From positions 5,088,001 to 5,152,000 of the forward strand of contig OY759599.1 in NCBI GenBank assembly GCA_963662465.1: a stretch of 64,000 bases of DNA. Direction: 5' to 3'. Below, one piece after another: positions 28,123-36,438 of the stretch; the stretch's first letter is position 1, and every line of letters begins with the position of its first letter. Origin of the DNA: Desulfatiglandales bacterium (GTDB lineage: Bacteria; Desulfobacterota; DSM-4660; Desulfatiglandales; Desulfatiglandaceae). The translations under genes were made by a program, and so were the position numbers. The notes beneath the pieces are model-generated. The model was given only the letters and a program-made list of their open reading frames with translations. It did no database searches and had not been told where the DNA came from.

Positions 28123-28189
28123 AATTCCGGGGACACCTTACTTATCTTTTTTCCCGGGACCCATAATTAAGTATGGTGTCCCCGGAATT
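28123..28189. repeat. 67-bp palindromic mini-element with 22-bp arms
   Basis: AATTCCGGGGACACCTTACTTA ... TAAGTATGGTGTCCCCGGAATT (21/22 complementary); the right arm recurs at 31364-31381. Confidence 0.85.
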
Positions 28190-28249
28190 CGGCAAGCATG
28201 CAAAACCCTTTCTTGAATATCTTAAATCCTTCCCTGAATGGGGAGAAGC

Positions 28250-28465
28250 CATGGGATGATTGTCAAGGGTTGGATGGGGGATTCTGGATCGTCACTATCA
28301 AACGCAGTGCGGCAGCAACAATAGTGACACCTGAGATTCGCGGGTCCATTGAGGAATCCCAGGTGATGACGGGTGATGTTACGGGTGAAGTCAAGCTGTT
28401 TCTGAAGGTTCTTGAAAATGGCCCATTGACACGGGTTCAAGCGCAGGAAAAGCTTGGACTTAAGG
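28250..28465 (+). pseudogene. Remnant of a RecG-C/Fic-type C-terminal HTH region
   Basis: GGFWIVTIKR...TGDVTGEVKLFLKVLENGPLTRVQAQEKLGLKG, with no N-terminal domain and a truncated end. Confidence 0.45.
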
Positions 28466-28525
28466 GAAAGCCTTTATTTTCAACCATACGCGCGTTACAC
28501 GCGCACTTTTTTTGAAAGGAAACCG

Positions 28526-29567
28526 ATGATTATCAGTGCCAGCAGACGAACCGACATCCCCGCCTTTTACGCGGAATGGTTTATGAACCGCATTCGGGAG
28601 TGGTACTGTAACGTTCCCAACCCCTTTAATGCAAAACAGGTGTCACGCATATCTCTAAACCCCCGGGACGTGGATGTAATTGTTTTCTTGACACGGTATG
28701 CAGGACCCATTCTGCCGCACCTGCGGGAACTGGATGCACGGGGATTTCGATACTAAGTACCCGGACAAAAGTTTTCCGGTGTTCAAAAATCTTTAAGACT
28801 ATAAAATCCTTTAAGATTTAAGAAGGTTCATATCATAAAATATGTATCCGGGTACTTATTTCTTTTATACACTCATGAATAACCCCCGAGAACTGGATCC
28901 AAAATCACCGAATCATGAAAAAAACATAGAGACCTTCCATGCACTGAGTGATCAAATCGGCAGGGAAAAAGTCATCTGGCGGTATGACCCAATTGTTTTC
29001 AGCTCAATCACAAATGCGGATTTCCACGGGTCTGCTTTCCAGCGCCTGGCTAAAGCATTGCGGGGCCACACCCAAAGGTGCATCATCAGCGTTGTGGACA
29101 TGTATCGTAAAGCGTCTCGACGGCTTCGTAACCTTGAAAAAGGCGGAATTCACATCCATGAACCGCGGGCTGAAGAATTCGATTGGCTCATGAAAACCAT
29201 GAACGCGGCAGCCGAAGAAAACAAAATGGCGATTCAAAGCTGTGCCGAGGAGCAGGGTTTTTGTTCCGGGAAAATTCCGCCCGGAAAATGCATTGATGAC
29301 AAGCTCATTCAGAATGTTTTCGGGCTGGATACGACCCACCGGAAGGACCCTTCCCAGCGCCCGGACTGTGGCTGCGTGGCCAGTCGTGATATCGGCATGT
29401 ACGATACCTGCCGGTTCGGCTGCGTGTACTGCTACGCCACCGCCAGCTTCGAAAGAGCCCGGGAACGGTACGCGGAACATGACCCCATCTCCCCTTCACT
29501 CACGGGTCGCTATGAGGCCACCGTTTCCAAAAAGAAAAAAACCAGCCAACGCAGTCTTTTCGAATAG
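28526..29567 (+). pseudogene. DUF1848 family protein interrupted by a MITE
   Basis: MIISASRRTDIPAFY...; WRYDPI; QRPDCGCVASRDIGMYDTCRFGCVYCYA; removing the insert restores GFRYYFFYTL in frame. Confidence 0.9.
28756..28856. mobile_element. 101-bp MITE with terminal inverted repeats and TA duplication
   Basis: TA|AGTACCCGGACAAAA ... TATGTATCCGGGTACT|TA; AT-rich core. Confidence 0.9.
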
Positions 29568-29934
29568 GGTCCAAGTAAATGCCGAGAGAAATAACAGCGG
29601 CGTCTCCGGAAGTTCTTGAAACGCTGAAAACTATTATTGCCCCCGGTCGACGGGTTCGTATCAGTCCATTTGTAGAAGCCGCGTAGTTCCAGGTTCTTTT
29701 CGGCAGGCAGCCGGATATTCAGTTTCGGCAGAAAAGCGCCCGGCGGATTCTGGCGGAAGAGGCTGAAAAAATTGTAAGTCTGTGGGGGGTTGAAATTGTA
29801 CCCCGGAAAAACAAGGCTGTAGCGTTACTGGACCCCCTTCAGGATTTCGAGATTAAACGGGTGGCCCTGATTTCTTACGGAACCTGAAAGCGGACGGATT
29901 TCTCAAGGACTGCAGCAAAAAAACACATCAGGCC

Positions 29935-30309
29935 TTGAATGAAATCGTCTGCAGGCTGTTCGGGTTTCCAAAACTGCACGCTTTTCAACACAAAATTCTT
30001 GAACGGGTGTTGACCGGCGGGAGCGTCCTCGGCATCGCGGCAACCGGGGGAGAAAAAAGTGAATGCTATATTCTGCCGGCCATGCCGCTGACGGGGCTCA
30101 CGGTTGTGGTATCTCCGCTTAAGTTCCTCATGCAGGACCAGTACAGGCAGCGGATGTTATCCTTTATTACAGCCCGGACAGCCCGGAGCAAACGAATCCA
30201 TGGGGTAAAACGATCAGAATCTCGTCCGATTTTGAAATACAGGACTATTTTCTCCGCGAAAAGTATGTTCGCGGGGAAGATATCGTGGCCATTCGGCAAT
30301 TCATATTAG
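29935..30309 (+). pseudogene. Decayed RecQ-family helicase fragment
   Basis: FGFPKLHAFQ...AATGGEKSECYILPA...LTVVVSPLKFLMQDQ (Walker A GGGKS altered to GGEKS), then loses similarity. Confidence 0.7.
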
Positions 30310-30492
30310 ACCAACGGACGAAGGCTACGCCGGTGAAGTGGTTAATGCCGTAACAACCAGGCAAGTCGTGGAACCGTCTGTTCATCTTCGCGAAGATGAC
30401 ATTCTTTTTTAAATATGTCGCCCGGCACGACCATATGGCGGCAGAAAGAATATCTTAGAAAGATACTCGGTCAGCTGAAGCTCAAGGAGGCC

Positions 30493-30585
30493 GATTATTC
30501 CCGCCAGGTGTCGAAAATCCGGGAAACGGATGTGTGGCTGGGATATGTGTTGACGCTGCGGGAGTGAGGGACGCGGAAGCGCCCG
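30493..30585 (+). repeat. Direct repeat copy 2 (orphan methyltransferase 3' end)
   Basis: Encodes DYSRQVSKIRETDVWLGYVLTLRE* versus DFSRQVSKIRKTDVWLGYVLQLRE* in the intact gene. Confidence 0.9.
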
Positions 30586-30643
30586 CTGAACGTTGCCACG
30601 CGGCGCATGGGAACAAGGGAATCTGGATTTTCAATAGCTGGAA
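30569..30643 (-). repeat. Inverted composite REP plus shared tail
   Basis: GGACGCGGAAGCGCCCGCTGAACGTTGCCACGCGGCGCATGGGAAC...CTGGATTTTCAATAGCTGGAAC; repeated at 31410-31487. Confidence 0.8.
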
Positions 30644-30699
30644 CCAGGAGAACCCAAATAACGACAACAAGGATGACCCCGTAGCTATGGAGTATTCAC

Positions 30700-31167
30700 A
30701 TGAAAAAGGAAATTCTTATCAGGATGTTGGAAGCTGCCGATGATCCAGAAAATTGTGAGCATCCTCGAGACTTTGATCGGTATGCGGCAATAGAGAGAGT
30801 GATAGACCTTCAATCCGATTTAGAAAAAATTGTCGGTTGGCCTTTCGAGCTTGAAGACAGAATTTTTGACGTATCATATTTCGCTGAATTAGATATAAAG
30901 GAACCAGCCCCTACCAAGGTATTGGATTTAGGTGAAGTTACATTCAGGATCGTACGTTTGCGGTTTTCATGCTTTGGAAATTTTTTCACCATTTTAGAGG
31001 AATCATTGACAGGAAAACTAACCCAATCAGTAATTAAAGGCCTTATCGCAGCTGCTGAAAACCATGGCTTTGTTTATGTAGATGAAGAAATTCTTTTAGA
31101 AGAACCCTATACCGGATGCAATAAAGAGTTTTACTCATGGTGGGAACGTTATTTTGACTTGGTATAA
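30700..31167 (+). CDS. Hypothetical protein (AT-rich single-gene cassette)
   Basis: 155 aa ORF with GGAG RBS; ends SWWERYFDLV; flanked by direct REP-containing repeats. Confidence 0.7.
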   Translation: MKKEILIRMLEAADDPENCEHPRDFDRYAAIERVIDLQSDLEKIVGWPFELEDRIFDVSYFAELDIKEPAPTKVLDLGEVTFRIVRLRFSCFGNFFTILEESLTGKLTQSVIKGLIAAAENHGFVYVDEEILLEEPYTGCNKEFYSWWERYFDLV

Positions 31168-31409
31168 CGCCGAAAGATCGTTACCTGACGAAATAATGAG
31201 TGGGAGTTGTAAGAGAAAAGTGAAATCGGTGCGCCATTGAACTTCTGGATTCACCGTCATTGGTGGTGATGATGACCTTGTTATCATCTGATGCTCCTCC
31301 TAATACGGTAACGGTTTCCGCCGATGCACACCGGCGTAATGACGAAAATAATCGCAACCAAATTATGGTGTCCCCGGAATTCCCCAGTTGAAGGTAAGAT
31401 GGAAATGAA

Positions 31410-31487
31410 AGACGCGGGAGCGCCCGCTGGTGCGTTCCCACGCAGAGCATGGGAACGAGGGGAAGCTGGATTTTCAATAGCTGGAAC
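31410..31487 (-). repeat. Inverted composite REP plus shared tail; right edge of the island
   Basis: AGACGCGGGAGCGCCCGCTGGTGCGTTCCCACGCAGAGCATGGGAACGAG...CTGGATTTTCAATAGCTGGAAC. Confidence 0.85.
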
Positions 31488-31491
31488 TGTG

Positions 31492-31603
31492 AGACTACAG
31501 CCGCCACACGTTCTTCCGGAGGTTTGCTAAGCCAATACGCCAGGTCTCTTTTAGGAGATGAAGCGTCCCGCAGTCTTCTTTTTGTAATAACCCGTTTAAT
31601 CAT
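31492..31603 (-). pseudogene. N-terminal fragment of a small protein of the type found next to nucleotidyltransferases, cut at the REP tail
   Basis: MIKRVITKRRLRDASSPKRDLAYWLSKPPEERVAAV then reads into repeat sequence. Confidence 0.5.
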
Positions 31604-31874
31604 CTTTTTGTATTCCTTAATCTTACCTATGTGTCATGAAAAATTCCATCTATTGAGATATTAAGGTGCTGAAAATGGAATGCCGACACAGTTAGGATGA
31701 TATTCTAAACCAATGGAAAGTCAAGGGAAATAGGTCTTAAACCATGAGATTAAGAACGACCAGATATCATTGCGTTATCTTCTCGCGTTTTCGATTGACC
31801 GGTTGGCGCTACAACCTCATGCGGTTGACACGCCATGCCGGATTATCTTATAAAACCAAGAAAGAGGAGTGTTT

Positions 31875-33149
31875 ATGAAAATTCAGGGGGATAATTCAGA
31901 AACCGCCGCCTTTAAAGAGAGCGTCAAGTTTCGGTTTGAGGATTGGGGATGGGTTGTCATCAACATCGGCATGGGCGTCGGTGCGGGCATCGCCATGCTG
32001 CCGGTGGAGATCGGCATGAAGGGTTTCTGGGTATTTATACTCGCTTCGGTGATTGGATACCCCTCCATGTATCTCTTTCAAAGAGTCTTTGTAAACTCCC
32101 TTGTGGAAGCTCGATCATGCAAGGACTACACGGGGATTATCTCCGAATACCTGGGGAAAAACTGGGGGGCTGCCATCGGTTTTCTCTATTTTGTCATGCT
32201 GATCATCTGGTATTTTGTTTATTCGGAGACCGTTATCCGGGACAGCGCATCCTATCTGCAAACCTTTGGCGTTTCGGCTTCGAATCTATCTACCGATCCG
32301 TTGTACATCATCGGTGTGATCTCCTTTCTGACCTTTATTGCCGCCATCGGGGAAAGGCTCCTTTTCAAACTCTCCAGCGTGCTGGCATTGACCGTCCTGA
32401 CGATCATTTTCCTTATGAGTCTCGCCATGATCCCGGCTTGGAACATCAAAAACATTGCGGTGGCGCCCGGCGTCGTCACTCTTTCAAAGGATGCGATTGT
32501 CATGCTTCCCTTTGTACTCACCTCCATTCTCTTTATTCAGTCCCTCAGCCCCATGGTGATCTTCTTCCGGCAGAACAGCGACTCTTCCGGGGCCGCGCGT
32601 TTCCGTTCCCTTCGGGCCATGAACCTGGCCTTCGGGATTCTTTTTGTGGTGGTCTTCTTCTATGCCAACTCCTTTAACCTGGCCGTCAGCCAGGGGCAGG
32701 CAACAGCGGCGTTTAACGAAAACGTGTCGGCCCTGGCCATCGCAGCCCAGGGGTCAACTGTATACGTATCGGTCCTGGCGGTGCTGCTGGATATTTTTGC
32801 GGTCATCTGTTGCTTTTTTTCAGTTTTCCTGGGTCTCAAGGAGGGGACCCGAGGCCTGGTTCTCAACATCCTCAAACGCTTTCGGGCCGAAGAGCGGATC
32901 AACGGGCGTTTATTGGACTGGATGATCGCTGTTTTCCTCGTACTTCTGGCAACCGGGGACACCCTTGCGGACATCAAGCTGCTATATTTCACCTGGATAT
33001 GCAGCCCGATTTTCGGGATTGTGGGATGTTTTGTTCCGGTCTATCTGGTTTACGGGCTTCCACAACTTCACAAATACAAAGGTCCGCACCTCTATCTCAT
33101 TATCTTTGTGGGAATCCTGCTTTGTTTATCTCCTTTTCTGGCCATATGA
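31875..33149 (+). CDS. HAAAP-family amino acid:H+ symporter (CyuP/YhaO/TdcC-like)
   Basis: DWGWVVINIGMGVGAGIAMLP; EYLGKNWG; SILFIQSLSPMV; about 11 hydrophobic helices; GAGGAG RBS. Confidence 0.88.
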   Translation: MKIQGDNSETAAFKESVKFRFEDWGWVVINIGMGVGAGIAMLPVEIGMKGFWVFILASVIGYPSMYLFQRVFVNSLVEARSCKDYTGIISEYLGKNWGAAIGFLYFVMLIIWYFVYSETVIRDSASYLQTFGVSASNLSTDPLYIIGVISFLTFIAAIGERLLFKLSSVLALTVLTIIFLMSLAMIPAWNIKNIAVAPGVVTLSKDAIVMLPFVLTSILFIQSLSPMVIFFRQNSDSSGAARFRSLRAMNLAFGILFVVVFFYANSFNLAVSQGQATAAFNENVSALAIAAQGSTVYVSVLAVLLDIFAVICCFFSVFLGLKEGTRGLVLNILKRFRAEERINGRLLDWMIAVFLVLLATGDTLADIKLLYFTWICSPIFGIVGCFVPVYLVYGLPQLHKYKGPHLYLIIFVGILLCLSPFLAI

Positions 33150-33167
33150 GCAAAGGTGTGACGATGC

Positions 33168-34499
33168 TTAATGACATTTGGTCAGCATGATATTCAGGAT
33201 GGCCGGGTCCATCCCCCCGAGACCCGATTGGACGAGCTTGCCCAGGTTGCTCATGGTCTCTTCCGGGCTTTTTGCGATGATGCCGTCAACCGGTTTGACA
33301 ACGACGCCCTGCAGGGCCATGAGGGCGCTCTTGACCCCCGAAGAAGCCGCTTCGCCAACCTTGAGCGCGCAGCTGGTTTTGGCGCCGTCGCATAAAAGCG
33401 TGGCGGTGTTTTCAATATGGTTTTTGACGGCCCCCCCGATTTTTTCAACCGTGCCGCCCAGCAGGTGGGTGATGCCCGCGGCAACACCGGCGCCTCCGGC
33501 AACGGCACTGCCGCAAAGAGGTCCTATTCTTCCCGCAAGGGTCTTGATGTAGCAGGTCACGAGATAACTCAGGGCAATGGATTTGATGAGCAGCCGTTTG
33601 TCCTCAATGGTGGCAAATTCGCTTGCCGCCACAATGGGCGTCCCCGCTGCAATACCCTGATTGCCGCTCCCCGCCAGTGTCATGGCCGGCAGCATGACCC
33701 CGCCCATGCGGGCATCGATCCCCGCCGCGGCAAACATGCCGCCGGCGAGTGCCATATCATTTTTAAGAAGCCTCTGGCGCAGCAGACTTTGCTGGGTTTT
33801 GCCCACCCCGAGCCCCGGACCATGGGAAAGACCATATCCGACCAGCGCCATATTGAGATCGATTCCCCGTTGAATATAGTCGGCGCCGTCTCTGTCCAAA
33901 TCATTGGCCAAATCCACCATCGCTTCGAGCGTAAGGGATGTGAGCCAGGGTTCCAGGTCTTCAACGCTCAAATCCTCGTTTCCCATGCCCTTCAGAAACG
34001 GGTGGTCCTGCTGAGGATGACCGTCCATACTGAGGGATTCGATGTGGTCGTGTCGTCCTGTGATGACGGCTTCCGCCGTATGCCCGCCGGCCTTGACAAG
34101 CGTTTGAACATAGAGACCTTCACACCCCTCTTGAATCCCGGCTGAAACCTTGCCGTCCTTCAACAGGGCCTGTGCATCCGCTATCCCTTGATGGTCAATG
34201 GTTGCGAATACCTGGAGGCGGTTTTCCGGGTTTCCGGCAACTGCCCCCATGGCTGCGGCCAGAGGGATGCCGCTTTGGCCTCCGGAACCGGGAATGATGA
34301 CGCCCATGGCATTTTTGTAGATGTTGGGATCCGTGGCAACGGTAATGGATTCGATGCTCGCTTCCCCTAAAAGTGCCGCCGCGGCCGCCGCGCAAAGTCC
34401 AATGGCGGCGGGTTCCGTACACCCCAGCCCCGGATCCGTTTCAATATGCAAGAGGTGCCTTGCCTTGTTGTGAAGGATGTCTTTGAGCGTGAAACCCAT
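33168..34499 (-). CDS. cyuA: L-cysteine desulfidase family protein (CyuA/YhaM, UPF0597)
   Basis: PGLGCTEP, NIYKNAMGVIIP, DARMGG, AGSGNQG, CDGAKTSCALK. Confidence 0.85.
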   Translation of the reverse strand: MGFTLKDILHNKARHLLHIETDPGLGCTEPAAIGLCAAAAAALLGEASIESITVATDPNIYKNAMGVIIPGSGGQSGIPLAAAMGAVAGNPENRLQVFATIDHQGIADAQALLKDGKVSAGIQEGCEGLYVQTLVKAGGHTAEAVITGRHDHIESLSMDGHPQQDHPFLKGMGNEDLSVEDLEPWLTSLTLEAMVDLANDLDRDGADYIQRGIDLNMALVGYGLSHGPGLGVGKTQQSLLRQRLLKNDMALAGGMFAAAGIDARMGGVMLPAMTLAGSGNQGIAAGTPIVAASEFATIEDKRLLIKSIALSYLVTCYIKTLAGRIGPLCGSAVAGGAGVAAGITHLLGGTVEKIGGAVKNHIENTATLLCDGAKTSCALKVGEAASSGVKSALMALQGVVVKPVDGIIAKSPEETMSNLGKLVQSGLGGMDPAILNIMLTKCH

Positions 34500-34576
34500 A
34501 ATTTGCCTCCCGGTGTTGATGATCGGCCCAAGATGCGCATTTCGAAGGGGCCGAATTGGATTTTAAAAAGGATTTT

Positions 34577-34656
34577 AGCTGTTAGCCGTTGGCTTAAAAG
34601 CGGCAGATGTCATTTTCATATTTGGGGGTGAATGCCCGCGTGATTCATGAGGGTTT
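34577..34656. repeat. Heptamer + ATTTTCAT...CATGAGxGTTTAC intergenic repeat
   Basis: AGCTGTTAGCCGTTGGCTTAAAAGCGGCAGATGTCATTTTCAT... matches 53020-53100. Confidence 0.75.
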
Positions 34657-35104
34657 ACTTTATTTTCCTAATTTGACCCATGAGGACTTTTAAGTATCGG
34701 ACGCTCGAAAGTATAAGCGCCAACCCTATTCCGATGTATAACATCGATAAATATGGTTTGGGGATCGGGGAATGTCGCAACAATGTCCCCATTGCAACCA
34801 TCACCGCTACGATGATATAACTCTTCCAGGTTATAAAAGAGAAAATACATTTCGTTCCCTCCATCGGCAATATTCGTCCCAAATTTTTATCAACGATTTT
34901 CAAAAATCCGAAATGGTGTACGACGATTGCTATTGCAACACCTATTGTGCAAAACAAGACTGACCCGTGAACTTGAAATGCATTCAGCCAGAAAAATGAC
35001 AGAAATAAAAGCATTGCTCCAACGCCGAACCACACGAAGCCGGCAAGAAACAGCAGTACCTCCTTATTTACGGCAGGTTTAATATTGGTTATTCTTAAAC
35101 TCAT
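34655..35104 (-). CDS. Hypothetical membrane protein (about 4 TM)
   Basis: LLFLAGFVWFGVGAML...CIFSFITWKSY...YIGIGLALILSS. Confidence 0.75.
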   Translation of the reverse strand: MSLRITNIKPAVNKEVLLFLAGFVWFGVGAMLLFLSFFWLNAFQVHGSVLFCTIGVAIAIVVHHFGFLKIVDKNLGRILPMEGTKCIFSFITWKSYIIVAVMVAMGTLLRHSPIPKPYLSMLYIGIGLALILSSVRYLKVLMGQIRKIK

Positions 35105-35145
35105 GGTAGTTTATTTCTGTCTCCGACGAGAAATATCGCCCAAGC

Positions 35146-35616
35146 TTACAGCAGGCTCTTCAATACGTTTATCACGGAGTTCTTTTTGCTCACCAGAACG
35201 GCTTTTACCAGCTGATCTTTGAATCCGAGGATATTTCCCATCAATACGGCGCCGACATCCAACCTGCAAATCAGAACCCGCGCGCCCTGTTTCTTTTGAA
35301 GGAACGATAATTCGCGATAAAAGCGATAGGACCCATCATTTGTTACCATCAGCAATCTTGATACCCGGTTGCTCAAGCTATCGATTTTTTTCAATCCGCG
35401 CAGTTCATTTGCTAAAGCCCTTTCTATTGCCTCATACCCAATAATTAATTCGCCAAGGGATTTCGCATAGAAAATGTTTGTGCGCAATTTCGGGGTTAAT
35501 TTCAAAACAGGAATATACATTGTCGAAGTACTATAAAGCGCGATGTTTTCCTTTTCTAATGCCGAACAAACATCCGGCTCAATACATTCCTTTTCCAACT
35601 GTTTAGGTAATTTCAT
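35146..35616 (-). CDS. Hypothetical protein with possible L7Ae/L30e-like fold
   Basis: GELIIGYEAIERAL...RLLMVTNDGS...LMGNILG...VKAVLV. Confidence 0.5.
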   Translation of the reverse strand: MKLPKQLEKECIEPDVCSALEKENIALYSTSTMYIPVLKLTPKLRTNIFYAKSLGELIIGYEAIERALANELRGLKKIDSLSNRVSRLLMVTNDGSYRFYRELSFLQKKQGARVLICRLDVGAVLMGNILGFKDQLVKAVLVSKKNSVINVLKSLL

Positions 35617-35711
35617 TATAGTTTTAGCCAATCAGCGTGGATTGATTCCGATGAAAAGCAACATGCGGTTAAGGCAGGGTTTTCCAGAACCGAATAAAGA
35701 AAGCAGGCAAG

Positions 35712-36110
35712 TCAACCTATCTCTTTTGCAACCAAGCTGGTAATATACGCAACAAGTTGCTCTGCCTTTAATATCCATGGCAGAACCTGCGACTCGTGAA
35801 ACCTCACGAAATCGATGTAGTCACCCTCTTGACGTCTCTCGAAAAGATCATTGTAGATTCGGGCCAAATCCTTAGGGACCTTGCCCGTCTTCACATACTG
35901 CCTATTGAATAGGCTACGCACGCCCGTATGTTTGGATGATGACAGGCCGTGGCGTACAAGAAGAGCTGAGACCGCATAGAAGCAGGCATAATAGAGTCGG
36001 TTCACGCAGGCATTCCACCGTCCTGCATCGGCAAGAATACGAGCATCTTCCAGAGTTTCTTGTGCTCGGTCCATACGGTACAACACCAGATCTTTACTCC
36101 ATTCTATCAA
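35712..36110 (-). CDS. HEPN domain protein (HEPN-MNT pair)
   Basis: NRLYYACFYAVSALL...SKHTGV...RRQEGDY. Confidence 0.9.
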   Translation of the reverse strand: MIEWSKDLVLYRMDRAQETLEDARILADAGRWNACVNRLYYACFYAVSALLVRHGLSSSKHTGVRSLFNRQYVKTGKVPKDLARIYNDLFERRQEGDYIDFVRFHESQVLPWILKAEQLVAYITSLVAKEIG

Positions 36111-36433
36111 AGTCTGATTCCTTCCCGCTTTACTCGCTGGTGAAATGGTATAGCCTGATAGAGGCTGCTATTCCATTCTTCACGGGTTCGCACAATCGAA
36201 GAGATGACTTCTCCGTATTCCCATTCTATTTCATAGAGCTTGTGCCGAATCCGATCTGTACGTTTATCGCTTATGGGGCCATCAACCAGGATGAGTAAGT
36301 CCCAGTCTGATTCCACGAGGGCATCTCCACGGGAGCGTGAACCGTAAAGGATGGTCTCTGCATCAGGTTCCACCTCTTGGACAGCTTTCTTTATTTGCTC
36401 TGTTAGTTCAACTTGTTTCATATGATTATTCAT
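36107..36433 (-). CDS. Minimal nucleotidyltransferase (MNT)
   Basis: ILYGSRSRGDALVESDWDLLILVD; 4-bp overlap with the HEPN gene. Confidence 0.9.
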   Translation of the reverse strand: MNNHMKQVELTEQIKKAVQEVEPDAETILYGSRSRGDALVESDWDLLILVDGPISDKRTDRIRHKLYEIEWEYGEVISSIVRTREEWNSSLYQAIPFHQRVKREGIRL

Positions 36434-36438
36434 CCTGT

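Larger units (their letters stand above)
27342..28131. mobile_element. Toxin-antitoxin segment bounded by a perfect 17-bp inverted repeat
   Basis: CCCGGAATTTGCACGAA (27342-27358) and TTCGTGCAAATTCCGGG (28115-28131). Confidence 0.6.

Noticed and set aside
31160..31190. GTATAACGCC at the end of the 155-aa gene as an integron attC site
   Set aside because: Only a short hairpin follows; no full R''-L''-L'-R' structure and no intI in the window.
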